Assembly (NCBI RefSeq): GCF_003918875.1 | Contig: NW_025767734.1 | Span: 620,001-684,000, forward strand | DNA from: Haliotis rubra | Taxonomy: Eukaryota | Length of the DNA: 64,000 bases | Direction of reading: 5' to 3' | Part shown: positions 1 to 12,788 of the stretch, one piece after another | Layout: each line of letters begins with the position of its first letter | How positions within the stretch are numbered: the first letter of the stretch is position 1 | The notes under the pieces: model-generated | Databases searched by the model: none | What the model saw: only the letters and a program-made list of their open reading frames with translations | What the model was told of the DNA's origin: nothing | Translations under genes and position numbers: made by a program

Positions 1-186
1 CTATATGGCGGCGGTCTGTAAAGAATCGAGTCTGGACCAGACAATCCAGTGATCAACAACATGAGCATCGATGTGCGCAATTGGGAACCGATGACATATG
101 TCAACCAAGTCAGCGAATCTGACCACCCGATCCCGTTAGTCGCCTCATACGACAAGCATGGGTTACTAACCCGGAAATTCACGGGT
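1..186 (-). mobile_element. SINE-like retroposon, family B (non-tRNA head), cut by the window start
   Basis: Near-identical to copies at 6790-7024 and 16114-16360 (shared core GACCACCCGATCCCGTTAGTCGCCTC...GACAAGCATGGGTTAC). Confidence 0.85.
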
Positions 187-1394
187 TTTTACATCATTGG
201 TATTGTCCGATTAATGGAGCATAGTTTTAATGACTGTAATTTATCTGTGCATGAGCAGTGAGTAGTTAAGTTACAGTAACAGCAGGAACGAAAGGTTCGT
301 TGTTATAACGAGGAATGTAAGTAATGGTGTTACTCTCTATATTGGTTAAACAGTCGTAAAGTAAATAGCGTGAGGTCAGTTTTAATGTCTTATTACCAAC
401 TGTTCAAGTTTTCTATAATAATCTCTGTCAAATCGTGATTGAATACTGACCCGAATGTATTTCTTACATTTCCGGGTACGTACTCGATTCTGATTCGGGT
501 ACGTACATGCGGGTACTCGATTCCATTTTTTCCTACTCGTCCCAGCCCTACTAAATTCCTCATACATTTTAGAATCTAATTACAACTGGTCTTTGTCACC
601 AATACCAAGTGTCTAGATAAAGTGAAACGAAAGATATAGTGGGTGGAAACAAATGCTGTGCTCGAAAGACAACACCTGTTTGAAATGTAAACAAAGACAA
701 TTTCAGACTTTACACTGTGTAGCATTTTCTCAAATTTTCAGACACCCAATTTGCATGAGAAGAGCATAGTAGCAAGAAATAGGAAATTAAAAATAGATAC
801 AATACAGGAATGTGATGTGTTTACACGAAACTGTCAAGTTTCTGTGCTGTGTGACGCCATGACCGACGCAAAATCACGCAGAACGACAACGGTAATAATC
901 GGCATTTCTGGCTTCTTCTCTTTCTTAAAAAGGGAGTGTATTTGGCAATTTCTCTGAGGTGAAGGTCGGTAGAATAAGAGTATATACAATCACCATATCC
1001 CGCCGATTACACTTTCAGTATCATAATGTAATCGTTCGGATATTTGTTTCATGAAACTAATTTAATTATCTACATTTAGCCTTTTTCAATATCATATCAT
1101 ACGTGGGTATAGGGTGTACGTGTTATATTCTTTGAAAGAGTTTGTTTGAATAATATTTACAGAAGAAATTCACACATTTAGTGTAGTAACCTTCCACAAG
1201 TGTTAAAAGTTGAAACGTAGGCATCATGTACTTGTACAACATGTATTTTAGTTCCTATGATGTGCATAGTTACAGTTTTGTATGTAACTCTTCGTCAGAA
1301 TAATTTCCAATATCGAAGTCCAGTCCACGATACACCCTATCCTTTCTTTGCTGAACTGGCATCATGAAAGCAGTGTCAGCCATGAACGCCATTT

Positions 1395-1582
1395 GCGAGT
1401 TAACCACACTGTTAAAAAGTTAGCGACGGTCCTTAGGTGTGTTAACTTAACGTCACGTTAACAGCCTGTTAAAAGTTAACAGAGTTTTGAACAACAAGAT
1501 AACCCTCTGTTATAAGGTAACAGTCGGTTAAATGTACTTAACGGCTGGTTAAAAGATAACCGAGTTTTGAACAACCGGGCCC
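1395..1582. mobile_element. MITE fragment rich in GTTAAC, ending in a Harbinger-like TIR
   Basis: Internal repeats of GTTAAAAGTTAACAGAGTTTTGAACAAC; terminal TTTTGAACAACCGGGCCC; no partner TIR seen. Confidence 0.45.
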
Positions 1583-1683
1583 AGACGTCTACGCATCACG
1601 TCGAGGCATCCTCGCAAGCCAATCACACAGGCCTTGGTGTAAGTGAAATACTGTTTAGCCGGGGTTAACCCAAACTCTGTCAC

Positions 1684-2016
1684 TCATCCCACCTGTTCAT
1701 AGTACTCTGCCCCTGCGGCAGGAGACAGGTCCGTCATGGGAGACAGCGGGATGTCGGATAGGAGGTCACAGGTGAATGTGGCATCAGACTCCAGTCGACT
1801 GTTGAAGGAGAGACACGTTTCCAGCCGGCGACATGCAATGCCACACGCAATAGCACTGGGTGTCTTTTGAGTGTGTAGGACTGTCCCGGAAGTGAATGCT
1901 CTGTCGGCATCGGAGATACGCACAAATAAATGTTGCGCTCTAACTTCAGGAAGCAGCAATAAGGACAAGACGACAATCCAAGTTATGCCGATGATCGTCT
2001 GCTGCAAACGTGCCAT
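1684..2016 (-). CDS. Small secreted PAN/Apple-domain protein (main coding exon)
   Basis: Hydrophobic signal peptide (IIGITWIVVLSLLLLPEVRA) followed by PAN-type CxxxC-x5-C(LSFN)-x10-C(DLL). Acceptor ttttctacag| at 2023/2022 with good Kozak GCCATGG. Candidate 5'UTR exon donor G|GTAAGT at 4031/4030. Possible donor CAG|GTGGGA at 1693. Confidence 0.75.
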   Translation of the reverse strand: MARLQQTIIGITWIVVLSLLLLPEVRAQHLFVRISDADRAFTSGTVLHTQKTPSAIACGIACRRLETCLSFNSRLESDATFTCDLLSDIPLSPMTDLSPAAGAEYYEQVG

Positions 2017-2500
2017 GGCGACCTGTAGAAAAGTCAGAATTATATCAATTATTGTATGTTTATTTAGGGCTGGACGAAAGGCATGTCACTGGCCCATTCC
2101 AAATATACATCGGCATTTGATGGTTATATTGATTGTTGTCAGATTGTTGACATATTGCAGTTATATAACGTCTGGACCAGACAATCCTGTGATTGATATT
2201 ATGGAGAAAGAATAGCACGAACGATCACACTCAGTGAAGTCACTGAACCCGACCATTTTAGAAGTGTTTCGGAAACCTTAGTCATAGAGTCATACTGTGG
2301 CCCTAAACCCTCACAGGAAATTAGCAATCGATCATTATTCTCGGTTACCCATAACCCCTTCCATCTGTTACCAGCGGTTATGTATGGCACAACATGGACC
2401 TCTAGAAATGTCTTCAAATGTGCGCTGTAGGATTCCATATCGGACTGGCAACTATCATACAATATGTTATATAAATAATTTATCTGCTCTTACCTCTAAC

Positions 2501-2634
2501 GGGGCGGTGGGGTAGCCTAATGGTTAAAGCGTTGGCTCGTCACGCCGAAGACCCGGGTTCGAATCCCCACATGGGTACAATGTGTGAAGCCCATGTTGCT
2601 GGAATATTGCTAAAAGCGGCGTAAAACCAAACTC
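2501..2634 (+). mobile_element. tRNA-derived SINE, family A (internally deleted copy)
   Basis: A box TAGCCTAATGG, B box GGTTCGAATCC, tail GCTGGAATATTGCTAAAAGCGGCGTAAAA; 10-bp TSD TACCTCTAAC at 2491-2500 and 2635-2644. Confidence 0.9.
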
Positions 2635-2947
2635 TACCTCTAACACTGACGTATAACTGGAATATTGAGGCAAGCGGCGTTAAACAACAAACAAGCGGGC
2701 TTCGAAATGTCTGTTTGCGGTATTTCATCGAAAGGAACCTTGGTATTCCAGGTCTAAAATAAAACATTGCTGTGGTTTCCTTAGAGATTTCATGTGGGTT
2801 TTGTCTTAAAATGAACAGCTGTTTTCATGTTAGATTTTTCATTCAAACTTTTTTTGACATATAAACAAGTGAATTCATCTTCGTGTTGCAAAATAGTTGT
2901 ACAAAGGATGTGCTTTGTACTCTGAACACATTTGTTGATATTGAAAT

Positions 2948-3540
2948 AGACAGACAGACTGACATTTTATTCAGTATGAAGGCCAAAGGCCCACAATAAA
3001 AAAAATTAGTTGAAATAAGCGCACATAAAAGTGACAGGTTTATGTTTTCACAGTTGCAGCTCTAGTGTTATGTATACATTTCAAAACTTAACAAACATTT
3101 ATGATAATATTTTTATCTTTACTGTTAAGTATGTGTATTATGTTTTGTTTCCTGACATTATCATACAAAAAGGGAGTAATAAACCTGTTTCTAGCATCAT
3201 AATATAATTTACAATCAAAAAGGACATGTGTTTCATCTTCAATACAGTTCATATTATCTAATTTACAGTAAAAACAGACTCTGTCAGCCTTTGGCATGTC
3301 ATTATATCTTCCTACCTCTATACCTAACCCAAAATTGCTACACCTGAACTTTGCTAGGAGAGATTTTAGATAGGGAGAGATAGATAATGATAGGTAGCTT
3401 TCTACATGCAGTAATGATTTAAAGCGTTTGTAAGCAAATGAATCTGAAAGGTTATGAACAGTGGCAGACCATGATTGTTTGAGATTATCCGAAAGCCGAA
3501 GTTTAAACTGCTGCATAAATGCCTTGCTATCACCGAAATA
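2948..3540 (-). mobile_element. 5'-truncated LINE 3' end (RTEX-like C-terminal zinc finger)
   Basis: ORF 3088-3516 contains LAKFRCSNFGLGIEVGRY..DRVCFYC..IEDETHVLFDC; AATAAA and (TGTC)n tail near 2950-2971. Confidence 0.75.
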
Positions 3541-4644
3541 TTGATATTGAAATATGATGTAACAAATAGGCTGCGCTCATAGTGAATTGTCTGAGAAGTG
3601 TGAACAACGTTTTTCAAGGAAAACTTTCAAAAGATGTGACTCTACTGGCTGAATTTCCATTCTTTATTTATTTGTCCAAATTATTACACCATTAGAACTG
3701 ATATTTATATCATACATTTAGATTCGGTCTTAAGACGAAATGTTAATCGGTGGCTCATCACATCTCGCAGTCTATGAGATTAAATGCCGTATTATTTGCC
3801 ATCAAATCAGTAAACGTAAGCTCGTATGTCATGCAATATATCATACACTTGATCAGTACAAAGACGAATCATAATTTGTTTGCCAATCCATTCAGATTGC
3901 ATGAAATATGAATATGTAAAACAGAAAGCGAGGGTAGCTTTAGACGTTATAAAACTTCACAGTCAGCAAAACTGATTTTTCGTTGGACAAAGTTGAATAA
4001 CTAGAAACTTGGACAGAACTAAGGACTTACCGAGTGCTGGTTGTGATAACGTGAAGAATAATTACAGGACATCACTGTCAACCAGCCTCAATATATCACT
4101 GTGTTAATCGTTATGAACAACCTTTCCAATCACACATGTGGAATCAATTCTATTTCAAGGAAAACCTGTGATCAAATATGACAAATAAATGATGCCAGTT
4201 CGATTAATGTTGAATAGCGACAGTCTGAATACCATCACAGGCTCATACGAATTATACATATAACGGAGTATAAAAGCAGTCGATAATAGCAGTGTGTTAC
4301 CGTCCTAAATACGGCAACAGTGAATGGTTGCGGCCACCAGTGAAAATGGATTTACACCACTGTGTTTGGACTGTATATACCCTGTAGTGGTATTTGTTGA
4401 CAGATCCACATATCAAAGAGCGTTGTTAATACCGACTGACAGCCGGTATTAGAACAACTCGGAAACATTACTGTTCATGTTTGCAGAAAACACTTCCATC
4501 ACCATAGAATGTAGCCATAACACAATGGGCTGTGTGTTGCTGCATAATGAATTATCTGACACGTATCGAATATACATTGTTGTGTGTAATAGATTGTACT
4601 TATTGACGGTTAGGAGGACGCGGTGCGCTCTATATTTAGAGGGA

Positions 4645-4798
4645 GAGAGTGAGTGAGTGAGTTTGGTTTTACGCCGCTTTAGCATTATTCCAGCAATATC
4701 ACGGCGGGGGACACCAGAAATGGGCTTCACACATTGTACCCAATGTATTCGGCGTGACGAGCGAACACTTTAACCGCGAGACTACCCCACCGCCCCGG
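4645..4798 (-). mobile_element. tRNA-derived SINE, family A
   Basis: Reverse complement of the family A consensus with (ACTC)n tail. Confidence 0.85.
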
Positions 4799-5068
4799 GG
4801 AGAGAGAGTGTGTGAGAGAGAGAGCGTGGGTTGGGGTGGGATAGGGTGGGTGGGGGCTGGGGAGTACAAATTCAAAGGCAGTGATTATAGAAATAAATAT
4901 AATGATGGTAATAGTCACTTCACTGCTACAGTGGCCACACTTCCCGACTACGCTGAGTATCTTGTATACATACCTATGTATCTGCAAGGGTATAAATATC
5001 AACCAAACATTTACATAAACATATAGCATTGTGTCGTTCATTGTGAAACTATGTTCCAGGTGCAATAT

Positions 5069-6720
5069 AGACAGACAGACAGACAGACAGATTGTTTATT
5101 TCGAAGTCTCACCTCACATTGTACATTTAAAAACATCGTAAAAAGAAAAACAAACAAACTGTTATATGAAATGAGGCATCCCTTATGGGATTATGAGAGA
5201 CTATTTACAAATATAAAATTATACGAAATATACAAAGAAATTTACAAATATTAAACTAATGATAACGGTGAACGCGTCGTTCCTTTAATATATCAGAGCA
5301 GGTCTTGGCTGTTAATTTAAATAAAATAGGACTAGACATTAAAAACGATAGCATTTCCTCATCTGTAAAATATATAAAATTGCCATTTAAAACTATGCAC
5401 TTATCCAACAGACATTTTGTAAAAGACTGATATAAAGGGACAGTATAAAAGTACATGCATTTCATCTTCTACAACATTCAAACAGCTAAAACACACTCTC
5501 ACCCTTAAAGGCATGTTATTGTAGCGACCTATATCTACTAATAACGGGCCAACACCGCTTCTAAACATGACTATCGCTCTTCTGTGGCCTTGTGGGATGT
5601 AAACAACGTTCCGCTCCATAATTCATCTAGAGCCCCGTTCACATGCACCTGTTTGCACACTTATGTATAAATACACACATGAGCAAACTTGACATACGTG
5701 TGTACATGTGTCATGTGAACGCATTTACTCACGTATGTAAATATACACTAGGTGCAAATTTACATGTGGTCAGGACCAGGTGCAAAAGTATATTTACATA
5801 TGTGCAAAAATACACTGTGAGTAAATTGTGTCATGTCATCTTCGTTTAGGTGAAAAGTTAATTATTCTGGAAGCAAACATCACATATGGTCTGACAAACT
5901 TCATGAAACCATTTACAAACGGTTAACTTCCCAACGCCAAACACATTTCCCATAGTTCTATATTCTGACGTTGAAGCCATAAAGTATGGCTTCAACTTTC
6001 GTTCGTGCATCCAAAGGTTGGCGAACAGCTTGGTCACTAGCTTTTCTTTGTCGTCATTAGATTTATTCATGTCGTTCCACCAAACAGACTGTCTTTCTTT
6101 CTTCCAGAGAGGTCTATCTTGTGACAGACCTACTGCTAGAGCAGTACCTATCTGATACTGTGTCTTAAGCGCCAGTGATAAGAGAACATCTTTCTCTGTT
6201 GAAGTTCAGAGAAAAAATGAGACAATCTAATACATTTATTATTTACACTTTCAAGTTTACTCACACTACATCAATTCAATGAGAACGCAAAGTAAATTTA
6301 CTATTACATATGTATGTATGTTTACACATGTGAAAATTTACTTACATGAGTAAATTTTGTGCATGTGAATGGGGCTTTAACAGTTCTGTAATGACGGAGT
6401 TCATTACCTTCCTTGCCATCTCGACTGGTCGGTCAATCTATCTTCTTCTTCCAGTTCTCGTAATATCCCTCTCGTACTGCACTCTGAACTTTGTGTACAA
6501 GTTCCTTCACGCGCAATCCATTATGAACTTCTTCCAAAACAGTCAAGTTTAGTGATGTCAGCTTCACGTGTAAGCGTTTTATCCAGTTATTTTTCTTTCG
6601 TGATGTCATCTGTTTGGTCCAGTTAAAAATCTTAAACGTGCGTCTATTGGGGTTTAGGCTGTTGAGTCTGGTCTTGTACATACGGGTAATTATTAGGGTA
6701 GGGTAGGGGCGGGATTATAT
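5069..6720 (-). mobile_element. RTEX-like LINE 3' fragment split by a Harbinger element
   Basis: ORF pieces RLNSLNPNRRTFKIFNW (6433-6681) and FRSGVGPLLVDIGRY..RVCFSC..VEDEMHVLLYC (5401-5619); AATAAA and (TGTC)n tail at 5069-5100. Confidence 0.7.
5630..6377 (-). mobile_element. Non-autonomous PIF/Harbinger DNA transposon
   Basis: TIRs GAGCCCCGTTCACATGCAC / GTGCATGTGAATGGGGCTT; internal HARBI-like remnant YRTMGNVFGVGKLTVCKWFHEVCQTI (5858-6070). Confidence 0.8.
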
Positions 6721-6789
6721 TTTGGGAAGATCCTGAAGGGTTGTACAACCCCGTGGCCTTTCTAATACATTCTGACCAAGGAAGTTGGA

Positions 6790-7024
6790 GTGAGTGAGTA
6801 AGTTTACTCAGCAATATTCCAGCTATATGGCGGCGGTCTGTCGAGTCTGGACCAGACATTCAAGTGATCAACAGCATGAGTATCGATTTGCGCAATTGGG
6901 AACCGATGGCATGTGTCAACTAAGTCAGCGAGCCTGACCACCCGATCCCGTTAGTCGCCTCTTACGACATGCATGGGTTACTGAAGATCAATATTCTATT
7001 CTATACCCGGACCTTCACTGGTTC
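6790..7024 (-). mobile_element. SINE-like retroposon, family B, full length
   Basis: 11-bp TSD AGGAAGTTGGA at 6779-6789 and 7025-7035; (ACTC)n tail; 3' segment shared with family A. Confidence 0.9.
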
Positions 7025-7293
7025 AGGAAGTTGGAAAATGTTCTGGAGTCTTTGTCTATACGATGAGCTAGCTCTTGCCTCGCATCTTACATCTCCAGTA
7101 ACAAGAAGACCGGCAATTGTGTCATATCATTGTTACTCTGGATGTTGGCCATGTTGAGCTGTGTACATATGTACACTGTGTGAGTCTGTCACAGGTTGGG
7201 TGTAACCGACAAACAAAGGGGTATTATACAGTAAACAATTGTATTGTTAAATCAGCTAGGTTTCCAGTGTCAGTATAAAATAGAGTGTAATAT

Positions 7294-8866
7294 GTACAAT
7301 GACAATAGCAGTATGACATAGAATGACAGTACAATGACAATAGCAGCATGACACAGAATGACAGTACACAGACAATAGCAGTATGACATAGAATGACAGT
7401 ACAATGACAATAGCAGCATGACACAGAATGACGGTACAATGACAATAGCAGTATGACACAGAATGACAGTACACAGACAATAGCAGTATGACATAGAATG
7501 ACGGTACAATGACAATAGCAGTATGACATAGAATGACGGTACAATGACAATAGCAGTATGACATAGAATGACAGTACACAATGACAATAGCAGTATGACA
7601 TAGAATGACGGTACAATGACAATAGCAGTATGACATAGAATGACAGTACACTGACAATAGCAGTAGACATAGATTGACGGTACAATGACAATAGCAGTAT
7701 GACATAGAAGACAATTACACTGACAATAGCAGCATGACATAGAATGACGGTACAATGACAATAGCAGTATGACATAGAATGACAGTAAAATGACAATAGC
7801 AGTATGACATAGATTGACGGTACAATGACAAAAGCAGTATGACATAGAATGACAGTAAAATGACAATAGCAGTATGACATAGAATGACGGTACAATGACA
7901 ATAGCAGTATGACATAGAATGACGGGACAATGACAATAACAGCATGACATAGAATGACAGTAAAATGACAATAGCAGTATGACATAGAATGACAGTACAC
8001 TGACAATAGCAGCATGACACAGAATGACGGTACAATGACAAAAGCAGCATGACACAGAATGACAGTACACAGACAATAGCAGTATGACATAGAATGACGG
8101 TACAATGACAATAGCAGTATGACACAGAATGACGGTACAATGACAATAGCAGTATGACATAGAATGACAGTACACTGACAATAGCAGTATGACATAGAAT
8201 GACAGTACACAGACAATAGCAGTATGACATAGCATGACAGTACACTGACAATAGCAGCACGACATAGATTGACGGTTCAATGACAATAGCAGTATGACAT
8301 AGAATGACGGTAAAATGACAATAGCAGTATGACATAGAATGACGGTACACTGACAATAGCAGCATGACACAGAATGACGGTACAATGACAATAGCAGTAT
8401 GACATAGAATGACAGTACACAATGACAATAGCAGTATGACATAGAATGACGGTACAATGACAATAGCAGTATGACATAGAATGATGGTACAATGACAATA
8501 GCAGTATGACATAGAATGACGGTACAATGACAATAGCAGTATGACACAGAATGACAGTAAAATGACAATAGCAGTATGACATAGAATGACGGTACAATGA
8601 CAATAGCAGTATGACATAGAATGACAGTAAAATGACAATAGCAGTATGACATAGAATGACGGTACAATGACAATAGCAGTATGACATAGAATGACAGTAC
8701 AATGACAATAGCAGTATGACATAGAATGACGGTACAATGACAATAGCAGTATGACATAGAATGACAGTACACTGACAATAGCAGTATGACATAGATTGAC
8801 GGTACAATGACAATAGCAGTATGACATAGAATGACAGTACACAGACAATAGCAGTATGACATAGAA
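7294..8866. repeat. 35-bp minisatellite, ~45 copies
   Basis: Unit TACAATGACAATAGCAGTATGACATAGAATGACGG; period 35 (e.g. 7501 to 7536). Confidence 0.97.
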
Positions 8867-10559
8867 TGTCAGTGGTACTGGCAATATAGTTAGTGACAAT
8901 ATGACAATATGTTTGCAATATATTCATATATTTTGTTCAAGTACATATAATAACATAACATTACGTCTGTAATTGTAACTGTAGATATCGACTGAATACC
9001 ATACTCAGATATTATCAGTAACGCAAATGTCGGGTCTAATATGGGAGACAGCAGATAGCTTTGTAATCAGCAGGTAAACATCCAACATCGCCGCTCTAAA
9101 TATTCATTGTCTCGAGGCGAGTATTGCTGGAGAATGTTTGTATAACCCGTCAAAAATAATGGTGCAAAGCATCGCCATACTGGAAGTGTAAAGTTTTCAA
9201 TATAAGTGTTTTCACACAAGCCAACCGAACAATTCTCTCCCATGCCAGTGTCATGAATAATACCTCAGAGCACGTGACAAGGGCACTGTGTAGATCTTTT
9301 CTGATGCATAACTGACTGGTAAGAAGTTGTTTGTTTTCCGCTTCATTACCGTCATAATGGGATGGTGATCTTCTGTTGAAACGGCGTCTGTTGATCAATA
9401 CAGCGAAGTGGTCTTCATCACTCTTTTGCAAATGGCGTCGTTAGTTGGGTTGCATGGAGTTGACTGATCGTCAGGTTTGCGACGAGTTCACCTTATCAAA
9501 ACATCTAGAGTAGATTATCCGCAACGCTAATTAAGCCTAATCAGAACCTAACCTTCAAAGGAAACCGCAGGTCGGCGTCCTGAGACTAGTGGAAAATCGA
9601 AAGGGAGAGCATACATCACTAGTCTATAAGAACACATTTGAAATGATAGAAATTTATCTGTACTTGATTCCTATGTGACAATACTTCAAACTGTTCTTAT
9701 AATGAGGAATAGCTTTAGGAATTTAAAAGTTTAAATCCGCTAAAATCATTATTATACCTAAGGAGTGTAACTCTGCACAGAGAACAGTCTAAGTGAAAAC
9801 CAGGCTCAGTATTATTCGTTACACTGCTATGCAGTATAGCAGTATAGCAGTACAGCAGTGTAACGAATAATAATGAGCCTACTAGTTTAGTTAGACTGGC
9901 ACAGAGAATTATGGACAACAAGACAACCTTCGACCCACCCGTTAAAACAAGTTCCTTCATTAAACATACAGAAGCCCACTTCCTTATGTGGATTACTGCC
10001 CGTTCTGGTGTTGTATCATACTTGTTAATAGTTACTTACTGAGCTTATTTCAGTCTGGTTGGGGATATGTCTTGTATTCTAGTGTCTGCGATGCCAGGAT
10101 ATTTGAGATTAAAAATCCTTCAGTTACATTTCTGATATCAAACTTGAACTCTGGTAGCATGAACTCTAAGTATTCAACCGAACATTCACAAACTCTAGAT
10201 ATACTTGTAATGATTTTCAGATCAGAGCCGCCAGGTTTTCAAAAAACTCCGGAAACCCTGAAACAGAATACAGCGTGCTTATCCTGCAAGCATATTACAT
10301 AACTAATTTCGCTAGAGATTAGTGTCACTGGTATTAAGAAATCGTGTCATTTGCTTAAAGGGGTATGTTGTCTTCTTGGCTGTAAACTCATTCAAACGTT
10401 CTTCACATGCGGCGTCCGTGACGTCAGGAACGTGCAGTTGCATATAAGTAGATGGAACAGGACTGAGCGTTGTGACACGATCTCTTGAGGTTTCAAAATC
10501 AGTAATTAGCTGATTACAATCATGATACATGGTAGATTGATAATGTGGCACACTAATCT

Positions 10560-11992
10560 TGAATCTCACCCAAATTGCTGCGAAAAATGCAGAAACTACA
10601 GAAAGGTTGCTTCTCACGGTCAAGATGATATATGTACGCAACTGTCAAGACGTCACAAAGCAACTGTTGCTTAAAACCGTTCACTTCCGAAAACACTCAT
10701 TGAAACACTTCTGTGTGGGAAACGGAATATTGCAATTAGGGGCACACAGAGGACAAAGGTAACTTCCTTGCTCTCTTGCAAGACTGACTGACTGACTGAG
10801 TTTGGTTTTACGCCGCTTTTAGCAATATTCCAGCAACATCACGGCGGGGACACAGAAATGGGCTTCACACATTGTACCCATGTGGGGATTCGAACCCGGG
10901 TCTTCGGCGTGACGAGCCAACGCTTTAACCATTAGGCTACCCCACCGCCCCTCTTGTTATGTGCGTGATCACATCCTAAAAATCATTTGGACAATAGTAA
11001 TAAATATTTGTCACCACAGATTCAAAAAGATCTCCTTCAGTTATGTGCATCACAAATAAAAAAACCCATAGCAAATGAATCCAATGCTCAGAAATGTTTT
11101 TCTCTTATCGCTGATGAGGCCACTGATTTTTCAAACAAGGAACAGATTTCACTTTGTGTCGGGTATGTGTCGGTTAATGAGCAAGGCCTCACAATATTAA
11201 AAGATTAATGGTGTGTTCAACAATTTGTTGAACTGCGTCAAAGCGACATTGAGCAGCTAAAGGTTGAAGTCCGACGGTGGAAATGCCGTTGACAGGATGT
11301 AGCTATTGAAGAAAGGCCATCTTGTCTGCTAACTATCTCGACTTTGCCAAGGAGGATCTTCATCCCAACATCCATGTGGCCATGAACACCCTGGCTACAA
11401 TGCCAGTGTCCTTTGCAACAGCTGAGCGTTCTTTCAGCGCAATGAGACGCATTAGAATTACCTCAGATAAGCCATGTGAACTGGCTGATTCTCTGCACTT
11501 GCCCCGCCGTGATGTTGCTGGAATATTGCTAAAAGCGGCGTAAAACTATACTCAGTCAGTATGCACTTGCACTTATTCACGTACATCGTGAATTCGTGGT
11601 AGATATTGACAAAGTCATTGACATGTTCGCACAAGGTCAAACTAGAAGACTGGCTCTTCTCTTTGACTAACATCTGTGATGACCTAATGCTGCACCGACA
11701 CTTTGTTGAATCATCTCAGTCGTCATGAGATTCACCTTATACTTTAAAGCTGAAGTGTTTCATTTACCGAGTTAGCTTTAAGTTGTTTTGGTACTTAACT
11801 GTTTACAATATTTACTTGGTCTAGGTTTGCTTGAGGTTGATCCGCTTGTTTGGAGTTATTTTTTATGTTAGCATATTTTACCATGGTATTGATGTTTGTC
11901 TTAACTATATCTCGTGTTCAGAAGAAAGATTTACTTTTAGGTGAGGTATACTCTCCCTCATTTCAAAACGTATTTTCTTGGCTACGTGCCTG
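10560..11992 (+). mobile_element. Decayed hAT (ZMYM1/Tip100-like) transposon
   Basis: YLSPQIQKDLL..FSLIADEATDFSNKEQISLC (10987-11208), hATC dimerisation motif TMPVSFATAERSFSAMRRI (11322-11543), terminal GGCTACGTGCCTG. The left boundary is uncertain. Confidence 0.8.
10783..10950 (-). mobile_element. tRNA-derived SINE, family A, inserted in the hAT remnant
   Basis: Full consensus match with (AGTC)n tail; short TSD CTCTTG. Confidence 0.9.
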
Positions 11993-11999
11993 AATCACT

Positions 12000-12420
12000 G
12001 CAAGATGTCTTTGGTGGCAAGAGCGGAAGCGCTTGACAAATCTTCGTTGGGCAAACGTTATGTCTTAGGATGAATTAAGGTTTACTGTGGATTTCCTTGA
12101 TAGGTGCAACTGTATTGTAGCCGACTGTGGCGTGGGCGCAATGAGCGTTCTCATACCGTCAGTGTGAGAATGAACCATTGTTTTGGAGGTGGCTCGGTGT
12201 ATGGTGGGATCAATGTGACTGGCAGAACGCCTATTATATTCGGGAACATACGTGTCACTGGTCTGTACTACCGTGACAACACCCTGGAGGCACACCAGTC
12301 CCCCAAAATGAGAAAAGTCGCTGAGAACTCGTGTTGTTTCATGAGGACAGTGCACCTGTGCACAGATCGGTCATCAACATGTCTGTACTGCATGACGGTG
12401 GCTTTGAACGTATTGGGTAA
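12000..12420 (+). mobile_element. Tc1/mariner transposase remnant
   Basis: Translation HCFGGGSVYGGINVTGRTPII..TGLYYRDNTLE resembles the Tc1 GGGSVMVWG..Y.DIL region. Confidence 0.6.
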
Positions 12421-12788
12421 CCCCTATAAAAAACGAAGAATTTACACAGGCTAGGGGGGTCCAGGTACTCCAGCATGGCTTGAATAAGTGTGTGGACCTT
12501 GGAGGGGATTAGGTTGAAGTACAATTAGCAATCCATTCACCATAGTTAGACCCAGAAAGCACAGCCTCTCTCTTATATTCACACAGTTTGCTGTAATCAA
12601 CCCTTGCTGGGGTCAACCAGCCATGTTATACATCACGGTCACTGTGCTGTCATCAGTGATACACCACTAAGCAATGGACAACAGACAAGGCCCAACACTT
12701 GTACCATGCCACCTGGAAAAAGTATACACACATTGTTTTTGTCAGACCCTTTAACACCTTAACCTCTTTTGTGTTCTCAGCATGCAGT

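Noticed and set aside
2501-2572. tRNA gene
   Set aside because: The tRNA-like head runs into a SINE body and tail with TSDs; many decayed copies exist.
7294-8866. CRISPR-like array (35-bp period)
   Set aside because: Head-to-tail repeats with no unique spacers, no cas genes, eukaryotic context.
7224-8927. Long Cys/hydrophobic ORFs up to 530 aa
   Set aside because: Artefact of the 35-bp minisatellite; the same peptide appears in all three frames.
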